A stretch of 63,752 nucleotides of DNA, the filler included, from Blastocystis sp. subtype 4 (Eukaryota), in NCBI RefSeq assembly GCF_000743755.1. It is 3 parts of 3 records of this genome, joined end to end, with 100 filler letters (N's around TTAATTAATTAA, not from the genome) between each part and the next. Parts side by side here need not be neighbours in the genome. Positions count along the whole stretch, not along the records: positions 16,201 to 43,128 come from NW_014569301.1; 2 more parts are not named here. One strand, given 5' to 3'. A program made the translations under genes and the position numbers. The notes under the pieces were generated by a model. That model was not told where the DNA came from, made no database searches, and worked only from the letters and a program-made list of their open reading frames with translations. Position 1 is the first letter of the stretch, and the number at the start of each line of letters is the position of its first letter. Shown here piece by piece: positions 25,077 to 38,059 of this stretch.

Positions 25077-26274
25077 ATGTCTGATTATTCTTCTCTTTTT
25101 GGTGAGACTTTGGTGTCTAAGGATGGTGAAGTTTCTGTTTCTTCTCTTGACGGAAAGTATGTGGGTGTGTATTTCTCTGCTCATTGGTGTGCTCCTTGCC
25201 GTCAGTTTACTCCCAAGTTAAGAAAAGTCTATCTTGATCTCAAGAAGCAGAATGTCCCCTTTGAGATTGTATTCTGTAGTAAGGATAACGATATGAAGGG
25301 ATTCGAAGAGTACTATGGATCTATGCCATGGCTTGCCGTTCGTTTTGACAACAATGAAGTGAAGGAGAATCTCAATAATCTATTTGGTGTTTCGGGTATT
25401 CCTCGTCTCGTTATGCTTTCTCCTGATGGTGTGATCAATCCTCAAGCTAAGTCAGATGTCGAAGAGAATCCTGCTGGATTCCCTTGGAAAGAGCCAACTC
25501 CTTTGGAACGTATTGCTCCCTATATTACAAAGAAGGATGTTGCTCTTGGTGCTGCTGCTGTAGAGAACAAGGTCTATGGTATGTATTTCTCTGCTCATTG
25601 GTGTGCCCCTTGCAAGAAGTTCACTCCTAAGCTGATTGAAGCTTATAATAAGCTTCAGGCTGAGGGCAAACCATTTGAAGTCGTTTTCTGTTCTATGGAT
25701 AATGATGCTTCTGAGTATGCTGAGTATTATGGACCCATGCCTTGGTGTACAATTGGCTTCCAGTGTCCTGTGTTGAATAAACTGAAGGAGCAATTAGGTG
25801 TCGAAGGCATTCCCTACTTCGTTCTCTTTGATGCTGAAGGAAACGTTATTACTGCTGATGGTCGTTCTGCTGTGGAATCACAAGGAGCTGAAGGATATCC
25901 TTGGATGCCTGCTGCTCTGAAGGATTTGAATCAGGAACCTGATGATATCAATGCTAGACCATGCTTTGTGGCCTTTATGGATAAGGATTGTTGTTCTGGA
26001 GAGAAGAAGGAGAGTGCGATTGCTGCGTTGTTGCCTATTGCTGAGCAGTACCGAAATGTATTGTCCTTCTTCTATGCTAAGGAAGAAGGTGATGTGTCGA
26101 ATCAGATTCGTGGAATGATTCAGGCAGATACATGTCCTATGATTTGTATTGTGGATATCCCTGATAATGGAGGCTATTACGTCCCTGAGAAGAATGATTT
26201 AACAACGGAGAATGTTACAGAATTTATCAATGCCTTTGTCAATAAGACCTTAGAACGAAAACAGATGGTTGCTT
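25077..26274 (+). CDS. Nucleoredoxin/tryparedoxin-like multi-thioredoxin protein, intronless; stop probably completed by poly(A)
   Basis: Two YFSAHWCAPC..FTPKL domains plus a C-terminal Trx-like domain; in-frame T26274 lies 5 nt before TGTTTGTT. Confidence 0.9.
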
Positions 26275-26278
26275 TGAT

Positions 26279-26295
26279 TGTTTGTTGAACAAACA
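26279..26295. terminator. Palindromic bidirectional 3'-end signal TGTTTGTT-G-AACAAACA
   Basis: Perfect inverted pair of the motif between two convergent genes. Confidence 0.85.
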
Positions 26296-26299
26296 TGGT

Positions 26300-28677
26300 A
26301 TAAAGATGCAGTAAACCAAGGATGTTTCAGACATTCTTCTGCTTTGATTCTCTCGTCTAGAAATCATACAACATGTTAACCATTACCAGGTCGAATTCTC
26401 AACATCTTCAATAAGAGATCTTCAACTAATTCACTCTCTTTTTGACTAATTCCTCTCTTTATCAGTCGTTTTGAGAGTGTATGAGGTTTCAATCCTCGTT
26501 GTAATTTTAATGTTCTCTAATGTCTCACTCCTTCTAGTCATTCTTACATCACTCTTAAAGAATTCACGCCGTCGTGGACTCTGCTCAGCATAGTCCTTTG
26601 GAATTCGCCCTGCAATCTCCTCAAAACGAGACAATTGATCTAGATCACGTCCTGATTCAGTTTCGCCTTCTGGCTGGAACAGATAGGCTCCTGTTAACAG
26701 TTCGTAGATCACACATGCCGCTGACCAAATATCCGCTGGGAACGAATAAGGCAGATGAAGAAGTGTCTCGGGACAACGATACTGACGAGTCTGAATATCC
26801 TCTGTATACTGTTCCCCATCAAAACAAGCATTCCCCAGATCAACAATCTTACAACTAACTACGTCACCTTTGCATTAATCATCCTTCAAAGTCATACTCG
26901 GATGGAAGTACGCAGGAATGGTTCGATTCTTAGAAAGTTTCTTATTCATGATGGAATCTGATGGCCACATCGAGAGACGTTCTGCTAACGGTCGTAAGGA
27001 TAATCCCTCACGAACTATGAGTCAAATACCTGGAGTATTCTCACCTTTTGGTACAAATAATGCAACTAATACACCATCCAGATCATGAAAGATGGTGGTT
27101 TCAGGAGGAAGAAACTCTTTCCCTGCGTTCACAATCAGTGTATGTTCATACGCAGAGAGAGCATATTTAGGATTAGGAAGATGAATTATACAAAATCCTG
27201 GAATTATTGATTCCAAAATAGCTACAAATAATTGGTCGATATTAGTCTTACAGAACACAGTACGAATACTTCGCCCATCAAAACGAAGACTCCAAAGAAC
27301 ATGATCCTTCTTATCATCGTTTGAAAAGTCGTTCATCAAAATATGACGAAGATCATGAAGACGTGAATGACTATCCACTCCATGGCCCCGAATCTGAAAT
27401 AGTGTCTGTGAACAGCTTGTATCTTCGCCAAATGAAAAAGTCCATTCACTATAATTAGGATCTAGCTATCACTCAGAAATGACTTCATTACACTTCTTAT
27501 CACCAAATCCATGACGTTCTCCAAAAGCATGTTCAAGATGAATGCGAGGACAGAGAACAAACATCTTGATATAGAAACAGTCTTCTGGATACTTCCATTT
27601 TGCTGGCGTCAAAACAGGAGTAAAAGTGGTTATAGGCTGCTTACTTGTTGATTTCGCCGTATAGTTAAAGTCAATGAATCCCCAAAGAGTGGGAAGTCGA
27701 TTCACTGTAAATTCTATTTCTTATTCACTCCGTTCATTCTTACCATGCTTGACACGTTCTTCAGCAATGCGCAATTGATTATTCAAATAACGGAGTTTAA
27801 CATCGTCTTTAACTTCTTTGAGTTCTTTCTTCAAACGAATCACCGTTAAATCCTCTTTGATGTGCTCTTGAATCACATCATACATTGTCCGTCGATTTGG
27901 CGGAGGAGGAGGTAATGGAGCAACTAACAGTACATTTTCAGGCTTTAAATCTGTGTGAATGATTCTACAGGAATGGAGAAATGCCAAACCTGACAACATC
28001 TACAATTAGAAACAATAATTACACCTACGGCAACTACAAGAGGACGTACAAGGTCAGTTGGAATTCCTTTGAACCGGTAATGCTTGATGAGGTCTAAAAG
28101 ACTACCTCCGAGACGCTCATAAACAAAGCACATATGGACACCATTTGGACCCGTATGATAAAAGTGGTCATGGAGTTCGACTACATTGATAACAGCATCT
28201 GGATTGGCTGCTTTCACCCTTTTAGAATAACTACGCAAGCGGGTAAAGATACGCAATTCATATTCAGCTGCCTCCATATAGTCCGGTGAACTGCGTTGGA
28301 TCTTAATTGCATACAGAGATTGCGAGAACAGATCATTTGCAAGCCATACTGTCGAGTACTGACCCCAACCTAGCTTACAAAGAACCTTATATCTCTTGGC
28401 AAACACTTCTCCAACCTATTCACAATTAAAACATCCATACATGGATACTTCCACAGGATGATAACCACCAACGCGATAATCCTTAAGGTCTTCTTCATCA
28501 TCATCAGAATAGCTCTCAGTGATAGCCTCTACAGCAGATGTAGGCTTCAATACTAGGAATCAGAACCCCACCTCATTCTCACCAAGTGTGGATATCTTTT
28601 GCTTCTTCTGATTCTCTTCATGATTCATGAGTACGGATACATTTGCTACTAATGTAGTATTCATACTCGGCGGCATG
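26300..28677 (-). CDS. SRPK: SR protein kinase with long spacer; stop probably completed by poly(A)
   Basis: YRVGGYHPV, KLGWGQYSTVWL, GPNGVHMCFVYERLG, IIHTDLKPENVL, IDLGNAC, IQTRQYRCPE, ADIWSAAC, KHPWF. Confidence 0.92.
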
Positions 28678-28966
28678 TATTGAAGTGATGGGGAGAAGAA
28701 TTACAGATAACAAATTGTAGTACCTGTGTTTTTTATCAATGAAAGTCTGTGTTCCTTAGTGATGAGTCACGGGAATTCGTCATTATTTCTTCAATCAAGT
28801 GCTAAAAGATATATTGAACCTACCGATTTGAAATGAAGGAACCAGGATACTGTGCTGTTTTTGCAAGCTTTTGTTAGGGTGTCTACGTTACTGAAAGCTT
28901 CTATCATTCTTACAGATTTCCATCATTTCTCACACCACATATCCATTCCCGTTTATTCTTTTCCAG

Positions 28967-31744
28967 ATGTTGAATCGACTTGGAAGGAATCTTTGCTTAT
29001 CTCACATCAGTGGATGTATTGGACTTCAAAGATCCATTTCAATACAGCGGCGATGTGTTTCTACGTTGTCATCCCCATTTCGCATTGGAGAACACCTAGG
29101 GAATATTGAGAATAAGGGATCTCCATTTGTGCTTATTGAAACGAGTTTTCTAACCAAATGTCGGTTTTTCGTTCCTTTGTAACCAATAGTCTCCAAACCA
29201 TCCTCAAGTCTGAAAGCCCTTCGATATATTGAGAATACAGTACGTAAGAATGGTGCAATCCCTGTCTCTCTTGGAATGATTGATGGAGAAGTAGCATACC
29301 TCTTTTATTCGAATCAGTTCATAGGTGATTATTGGTTTAAACAATGATGAGATGAAACTATTGTGTTCTGATCGAAAACACCAATTCTGTTGTCATCGGT
29401 ACTTTTACTGTTATTCCTTCATTGTAGAAGCAACTTGTCCCATTATACAACACAAAAGACGACAGCATTTATTGCTCCTTCAGCAGCAGTGTTCTATTCT
29501 ATCTATTTATTTAACTCTAGACATATTAGTTCTCTCTATGGAATTCCAATAATCCTTTCTGGAGAGATTGAAGGATTTCCTTGTGATTTTAAGGAGAAGA
29601 CTACGCCATACCAGGATTTAGTATCTCTTGAAAATACTGAAACAATTGTAAGAGCATTTGTGATTGATGATGACTAGTTACTGCCTCTTGGATTCCATCC
29701 TTACCAGAACATTCAAAAATCGATCGACTTTGCTGCTAAGAAGAATATTCATGTGATAACATTCAATTCACCAACTATTCCCTCCACTCTTGGTTGTGCT
29801 TCGTATCTCTTCTCTTTGTATTTCACATAGATCGGTTGTTTCTCCAGAGAATGTGACTTCCGAAGAAACACTCTTAGAGACTGTATCTCGATTCTTGGAT
29901 CAACGACAACCCTCCATCGTATTCAACCAACCGCATTCTCTCTTTTCACAACAGGACATTCAGAATGAACTTGTTTCAATTCATCAACATCTGGTCTCCA
30001 AACGGGTCCCTGAATTCAGTCTAACTCAGTTATCTCAAAAAGTACTCATTTCAATTCATTTTTCACCCAGTTCCTCTTCCGAGAGAAATCGATTCCTGCT
30101 TTCCAGGCTTTCTACGAGGAAGCCAATCGAAATGCATCTCTTGCTGCTCGTCTGGCTGTCTTCATAAGTAGGAAGCATCATCGAGGAGGAATGAGTCCTC
30201 CTCAGAAGAAGGGTCGTTTGACGAGTTCTCCAACCTATTCAATCTTCGCAATTGGACATAAGGATATGGAACAAGGAGTTGAATGTGTTCTACTGGATAT
30301 GATGCAGGACGTATTCCGAGATGAAACTAAGTTAAGGCTTTCTTCATCTATAATTCATAGAGGAGACGATTTAATGCGAAGTACTGTTGAAAATAGTCTT
30401 GGTTTTATCATTTCCTGATACTGTAGCTATTCAGACGATTCTTTCTTCTGCTGTTGGTCATCCATCTGTATCAAATACATTTGAAAAACCAATTCCACTT
30501 CCATCATTATCATACTCACCAAAGCCCATCATTAAAGGGTACTAGCACTCCTTTTCTCTCACATAGTTCTCCACTTCCTCGACCTAAAGCTGGCTCTGCT
30601 ACATTTATCACATCCACTTATTTAACTCATAATGCTATCATGTCGAAGGACCAACGACATCTTGATGAGAGTTGGTTATCAGCAGGAATGCGTAGCCATT
30701 TACTCTACACAATTTACACATCCCTTACAAGAGAATCACCCCCTCTTCATGTTTCGATTCGCAGTAATGATGAACATGGTAAGAAATTGGCGAGTTTAGT
30801 TCGTGAAATGGGTGACACTGACTATGGAACTACGATTGTTAACAATCGAATTACTCCTCAAGGAAGCATTCTCTATGATGTCGAGGGTCACGTAATATCT
30901 CGATCTGTGAGTGATGAAATGATTCGACAAGCAGGTAATGAATTCGTTCTAAAACACAAGGCAATGATTGAGGTATGAATGACTTCATTTCTTCTTTCTA
31001 GAAATCTTCTCTCATTGTTACAGATGCTGGAATGAATGAGTCAATTCTCAAGTATGTTTGTAAAGTCTGTGACAATCGCGGGATTCCTCTCTTCTTTGAG
31101 ATGGCTGATCATAATGAAACTGATCGGATTTTGAATACACATATTCTATCTCATGCTCAGTGGGTTGTCCAGAGTCCAGAGACTCTTTTTCAATTGGATT
31201 ATGCTTTGACTAATCGTGATTCCATGGCAGCTTGGAACAAACTAAGTTTGAACAGAGTATGGTAATGACTTGAAGAGCATTCCTCCTTTGTGACACCTCA
31301 ATCTATTCTTGATATTGTTTATTCTCCTTGTATGACTGTCTTGAAGGAAATGAAGACTAACTCTACAACAAACGTATCTTCTATTTTCTGATTTTGTATC
31401 CTAGTCTCAACACTTGCTTCTTACATTACCTCCATTTGGCGAATGTGTTATCAATAGTGGATCTGGATCGACATCCATGAGTTTGCTCATTTCGCCGCCA
31501 AATCATGGTCCATTTGCTGGTAGAGATCGATGTTGGCTGTGATATAGATGTCGCTTTCGAATCTGGTTTTCTTTGGGGGATCATGAACCAATACCCGCTT
31601 GACTTGTCCATGAGTTTGGGACTCATTACTCAGGTTCAGGTGAACCAAACCAATTCACTCTTCGGAAAGACTCTTCACAATTCCATTTTTGCCAACCAGA
31701 TTATGAAATATATGACGGGAATTAATTCTTTTGATATCTTTTAG
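28967..31744 (+). CDS. Divergent pseudouridine-5'-phosphate glycosidase (PsuG) fused to a PfkB-like kinase, with organelle-targeting-like N-terminus
   Basis: VLIETS..VRKNGAIPVSLGMIDGE|VIIGLN, GIPIILSGEIEG, NASLAARLAV; C-terminal VGCDIDVAFESGFLWG. Confidence 0.65.
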
Positions 31745-31843
31745 TCATTCTGTTTGTTGAAGTGAAGTTGAGAGGATGACATAATTGGGTCAGTTTATAT
31801 TATTGGGTCTTTGCATCCTGTGAGGGACCAGTACTTTTTCATA

Positions 31844-32171
31844 ATGCTATCGGTGTCTAAGTCCTCGAGCTTCTCAAGTGGAGAAATGCCTACTACAACA
31901 GTGCCTGACAAACTTCGGAGTGTTGAGGAGCAGTTTAATAATCAGCACGTGTACTGAGCGAACAGAGTGTCTTATTTTGTAGTGTATATAATGTGGACAA
32001 TTATGGTACCGTTTGTGCAATGTGCAGGCATATCATTGGGGAGCATAGTAACATCTTTATGTATGTCTCGTCCGGATTGTTCATGTGCCTAGGTTCTGTG
32101 ATCAGCGTTTTTGCAGTGAGGAATGCCGAAACATGGCAATTGAAGCGACGGCAAATCGTCGATATTACTAA
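31844..32171 (+). CDS. FCS-like zinc finger (zf-FLZ/DUF581) microprotein, about 86 aa
   Basis: After removing 34-nt and 32-nt GT-AG introns: CAMCRHIIGEHSNIFMFCDQRFCSEECRNMAI. Confidence 0.75.
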
Positions 32172-32256
32172 TTCTCTTCTCTCTAGTTTAGTTTGTAGTC
32201 TGTTTGGTTCCAACAAATCGGGTAAATAACGTGAAATACTGTTACTTGACAGCAAT

Positions 32257-34418
32257 TCAATACATCTTCTCAATCGTATCCAACACTTCTGCATTTGCCC
32301 AGTGAGCATCTGTCCATTGATAACGAGGTTCGTCATTACGAGCATTATCGACAGCCAAACGAGCATTGCTGTTACCAGACCAAGCACGACGAGCCACACC
32401 ATTGTTCACATCCCAGAACAACATACGCTCCAGACGGATCTCTGTTGACTTGCGACCATCCAACACCATACCAAAACCTCCATTGATGACTTCACCCCAG
32501 CCAACACCTCCTCCATTATGCAAAGCCACCCAGGTGGCACCACGAAGAGCATCTCCAATACAGTTCTGCACAGCCATATCGGCACAGAATGCAGAACCAT
32601 CCTGAATGTTGCTGGTCTCACGGAAAGGAGAATCCGTACCTGACACATCATGGTGATCACGAGAGATAACCACAGGAGCAGTCAACTCACCACGAGCCAC
32701 AGCCTTGTTGAAGGCACGAGCAATAGTGGTACGAGCATAACAATCAGCATACAGAATACGAGCCTGAGAACCCACTACCAGCTTGTTAGCTCCAGCCTGC
32801 TCAATCCAATGCAGATTATCCTGCAACTGAGAGGCAATAGGAGCAGCAGGTTGCTGAGCAATATACTCACGGAAGATCTTTGCAGCAATCTCATCAGTCT
32901 TCTGCAAATCACTCTCCAGTCCCGAAGTACACACCCTATGCATCACTTCCTTCTCTCATATCTACCATCGGAAGGGTCCGAATCCCAGTGAGAAGATATC
33001 TCCCATAATATCCTGCACATACGAAGGATACTTGAAACCTCCGACTCCATAACACTTATCTCCCTCCTTTGCCAACACATCAGCACCAGCACGAGAAGCC
33101 TCTAACAAGAAACTGTTACCATAGTCCCAGAAATGCATGCCACGCTTTGTCAGCTTGTTGATAGCAGCTACCTGACGACGCAGAGATTCCTGAACCAATT
33201 CCTTGAAATGCTTAGGATCATCATGCATCATCGTACGCGCCTCCTCAAAGCTAAGCTGAACAGGATAGTAACCTCCCATCCAAGGATTGTGAAGAGAAGT
33301 CTGATCCGAACCCAACTCCACAAGCAACTCATCCTCCTCAGCCAAACGCTCCCACAGATCCACCACATTACCCAGATAACCAATAGCCAGAGGCTTCTTC
33401 TCAGCACGAGCCAACTTGATACGAGCGATACACTGATCCAAATCTGAGATCTTCTCGCTAATCCAGCCCTGCTTGTAACGCTTCTCCAGAGCAGCAGGAT
33501 CGATTTCAGCAATCACACCAATAGCTCCAGCAATCAATGAAGCCTTTCCTTGAGCTCCTGACATACCTCCCAAACCTGATGTCACAAACACCTTGCCCTT
33601 CAAATCATTGAGATTCAAATACTTTCTACTCATCATCACATACATTCATACTCACCTTCCAGCATTCATCACTGTGATCGTAGTTCCATGCACAATACCC
33701 TGAGGACCAATGTAGCAGTACGATCCAGCTGTCATCTGACCATAGATCGTCACTCCCTGAGCATACATGCGCTCATAATCAGCCTGAGAACTGTAGTTGG
33801 GAATCACCATACCGTTGGTAATCACCATACGAGGAGCATCAGGGAATGAAGGGAAAAGACCCATAGGATGACCTGAGTACATCGACAGAGTCTGCTCCTC
33901 TGTCATACGACTCAAATAGTACATGATCAAGTGATACTGAGCCCAGTTGGAGAACACGGAACCATTTCCTCCATAGGTGACCATCTCCTGAGGGAATTGA
34001 GCCACACGAGCATCAAGATTGTTCATGATCATCAACTGGATACAAGCAGCCTGCTGGCACTTGGCGGGATACATGCTCAACGGGTATGCCTTCATCTCGT
34101 ATTCAGTAGGATAGAAACTAGTTTCTCAAACACTTCCCAAAACCATATACCGGTACATGTAAATGTGACCATATGTCTTCAGCTCTTCAGCAAACTCAGG
34201 TCCCAGAATGGCGTGGTACTTCTCGGGGAAATAACGAAGAGCGTTTTTCACGGCTTTCACAAACTCTTCCTTATTCAGTACAACAGGTCTCTTAGGAGCA
34301 TGAGGAACATTGGGATTTAAAGGCTTCCTAGATATGAAAGTCAACAACAAACCATGTACAACTCGGGAAGGGGATCCAGAGGAATACCTCTTGCAAGAAT
34401 ACTCAAATCAACAGACAT
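32257..34418 (-). CDS. UROC1: Urocanate hydratase (long UROC1 type)
   Basis: GQMTAGSYCYIGPQGIVHGT, TSGLGGMSGAQ, SDQTSLHNP, LGFGPFRW, SRDHHDVSGTDSPFRETS, HNGGGVGWG. Confidence 0.95.
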
Positions 34419-34531
34419 AACACTTGGATAACGGAAGAATAAGGTAAACTCTGAACAATACCACGATTTCCACTTTTAGGGACAAAAATACGTNGTGGGC
34501 GTTTCATTGATTTAGAATCAAATCGTCTAAA

Positions 34532-36660
34532 ATGAGCGATTCACAAGGAAAGCCAAAGCTGAGTTTGTTGTTTAATAAGAAACGAACAAAGGGAGAGAAG
34601 CGGCCTGTTGTGGAGACAGAAGAATCACCTGCAAAGACAATCGCTGTAGAAGGAGGTTTTGGTAGATTTGTCTCGTTGAAACGATTGATACAATAGGTAC
34701 ACGCAAACATCCAGTGAAAGCTCCAATGACAAAGAAGAAACCTAATACAGGGTTGACGAATCCTCTTCAATTACTCACAAATAAGAACATGTTCTCTGCT
34801 GCATCCTTTGCAGATATGAAGATTAGTGATAAGTTGGTAGGTTCGGATTTCGTTGATGAGTTGTAGATTGAAGTTTTGAAGAGTCCGAATGTATTTGGCT
34901 TTTCTCAACCAACGATCGCTCAATCCTATGCAATTCCCGAAATCTTGAAGGGAGGTGATGTGATGATTAAATCGGAAACAGGTTCTGGAAAGACTCTGGC
35001 CTATCTCATTCCGATCGTCCAGATCCTTCAGAGTCTCCCTACGAAGATTGATCGCACTTCTGGTGTGTACTGTGTTATCCTTGTCCCTACACGAGAACTA
35101 TGTGTCCAAATCGAAGAGACCATTAAGAAACTCCTTCTTCCCTTCTTCTGGATCGTTCCTACAGTGATCTGTGGTGGTCAGAAGCGGAAGGCAGAGAAGA
35201 GTCGTTTGCGTAAAGGAGCCAATATCATTATCTCCACACCAGGCCGTCTATTAGACCATGTACTCCACACCACCTCATTATCACTCAAGTGTGTGAAGCT
35301 GTTGGTGCTGGATGAAGCTGATCGCTTGTTGGATATGGGGTTTGAGCAGCAGTTGCGAGACCTCTTCAATCTGCTCCAGCAACAGACTACAGAGCGTGTT
35401 CAGACCATTCTCCTCTCGGCCACACTCAGTCAAGAGATCCAGCAACTCGCAACATTATCTCTGAAATCTCCTTCCTTCCTCGATATTGATAAGTTGCGGA
35501 AGGAATCCGATCCTAGTGAAGATGCTACATTACTGGGTGAGTCCTCTGGAGACAATGAAGCTCTCACCTCGTATCAAGTGCCCAAACAGCTTCGTCAGTA
35601 TTACATTCAAGTCGAGAGCAATCTGCGTCTTCCTGCTCTCTGTGCCTTCCTTCGTAAGGAGCTACGAAGTGTGAATAGCAATCGCTGTCGAATTCTGATC
35701 TTTGTCAATACTTGTGATAGTGTATCCTTCCATGATGAGCTCTTACGAGAGATGATCTGGCCAGGTGATGGAATCGATACTACCACCTACAAGGGGACGT
35801 TAGTGAGTCTCCATGGGAACATGCCTCAGCATCAACGACTCAAGAATCTGCGTGATTTCTGCAAGGCGAACTATGCGACTATGATTTGTACAGATGTCGC
35901 AGCCCGAGGTCTGGACATTCCGACTGTTGACTGGGTTGTACAGTATGATCCTCCAACAGAGATTTCAGAGTATATTCATCGAGAAGGTCGTACTGCACGT
36001 GCTGGAAAGAGTGGTCAGTCAGTGTTATTCCTGCAACCTACGGAAACAGGCATGCTCTATACACTGGAGTCAAAAGGACTCTCTCTGAAACAGTTCAACT
36101 TTGATGTCTGGTTTGACAACTGTGTGCGTGAGAGTGGACCTGGGCATCGTCTTGTGTATGCCCAACGAAATCATGCTGCTAGTGAAATCCAAGCAGCTAT
36201 TCTGAAGACAGTAGAAGAAAATGAGGGTTTGAAGGATCTGGCTGTGATTGGGTTCACTAGTTATTGTCGTGCTTATACTACCTACAGCAAGGAGTTGAAG
36301 ACAGCTTTCAATGTACGATCATTACACTTTGGACATGTAGCTCGCAGGTAGGGATGAAAGGAGGAAATAATGAATAGTTTTGGATTACGAGAAAAACCTA
36401 AGAAGATTGGAAAGAAGGCACTAGCGAAGTCCAAGCGACATATGTTGGAGATGGAAGGAGCAGTAGGAGAAGGCAGTGCAAAGCTGGATTTCGGTCATAC
36501 TTCAGAGAAGAAACAGAAAGTGTTTGATTTGATAAAGAAGGAGAAGGAGATCAAGCAAGCTCGGGAAGAGAAGAGGGGAAAGAAGAAAGCAATACAAGGA
36601 GAGTTTTTGAAAGGAAAGAAGAAGGTGGAGAAGCTCATGAGTGTGAATGAGTGGGATTAG
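34532..36660 (+). CDS. DBP7: DEAD-box RNA helicase DBP7/DDX31
   Basis: SETGSGKT, PTREL, RKAEKSRLRKG, TPGRLLDH, DEAD, SAT, TDVAARGLD, LHFGHVAR|SFGLREKP. Confidence 0.9.
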
Positions 36661-36707
36661 TCCTTTAGTTTATTGGTTTGTTTATCAAACAATATCATTT
36701 AGAGAAG

Positions 36708-37837
36708 TTATTGACGAGAAAGGAAGTCCTTGGCAGCCTTCTTTTCCTCCTCCAGCTCAGCTAAGCATAAAACCCATTACTTATCCCTACCAATCGTCTT
36801 TACGAAGAAGCCCTTGCTACGCTCATCTAGTTCCAAGCCCTCAACAATCGACCATTTTCCATCCTTCACTGTTACAGGGAAAGAGAAGATAAGTCCTTCA
36901 GGAACATCATAATGTTTACCATCCGAACACACAGACATCACACTGTACTCACCCTCCTTTGTACCCATTACCCAATCATGCATATGATCACAAGCAGCCT
37001 TAGCAGCAGAACAAGCACTTGACAGACCACGAGCAGCAATCACCGCCTTACCTCTCAACTGTACGGTCTTCATAAATTCACCATCCAAATACTCGTTATC
37101 TCCCACAACCTCACGAGCTGACTTGCCATCCACAGTAGCGAAATTGACATCAGGGAACTGAGTGTCGCTATGGTTGCCCCAAATAATCACATTCTTTACA
37201 GCTTCCATTGGTATATCTTTTCCCAACTTCTTAACTGCAGTCTCGCGAAGAAGAGATCTCGCACGATTGGCATCCAGACGAGTCATAGCAGAGAAGTTCT
37301 CACGAGGAATGGAAGGAGCGTGCTCCATACAGATAAAGGCGTTTGTATTGGCAGGATTCGCCACGACAAGAACCTTAATGTTCTTATCAGCGACTGCATC
37401 AATAGCCTTTCCAGTTTCACTGAAGATGGTAGTATTCTTTTCAATCAGGTCCTTTCGTAGCATTCCAGCAAGACGAGGGAATCCACCAATTAGGAAGGCA
37501 TACTGAACTCCCTTGAAGGCTTCCATAGGAACACAGCTCTTCGTGATACCTAATCCTCATTGTTCCAGAACAATCATACTCTTTACAAGAGGATAAGCAC
37601 AGTCGTTGATCTCCATCTCGACTCCATTAAGCTTTCCCATGCAACTCTGGATATCCAGAAGAACAAGATCGATCGGCTGAAAATGAGAAAATAAGAGGAT
37701 TACGCACCTGATTCATTCCGAAAACATTTCCATTGCACTAGGAAATCAGAGAAATAGACAGTATGTACGATCATAGGAAGAATAGCATAACCAATGTTAC
37801 CGGCAGCACCAGACACAAGAACACGAATTGCAGACAT
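36708..37837 (-). CDS. MDH1: Cytosolic-type malate dehydrogenase
   Basis: RVLVSGAAGNIGY, GGFPRLAGMLRKDL, VVANPANTNA, TRLDANRA, IWGNHS. Confidence 0.93.
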
Positions 37838-38059
37838 AGTATTCCACTAACAACAAAGATAAAACTGGAATATGCATAACAACAGCTGACTCTTGATATT
37901 CAAGAATGAAAAACGTCAAGTGATTTCACACCTGTCATTGGATTCTGTTGATCTGAATCACGGATAAAGATGATAGAATGGATTTAATCATTGGAAATAA
38001 ACAACTAATAGTGTTTTACATGTGGGGGACAGCTGTGAGTAACAAAGAATCATATGCTT

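Noticed and set aside
27022..27720. Separate gene inside the SRPK locus
   Set aside because: It lies between the kinase lobes on the same strand, matching the known SRPK spacer
36708..37837. MDH-to-LDH conversion as in trichomonads
   Set aside because: The specificity Arg is retained (GGFPR)
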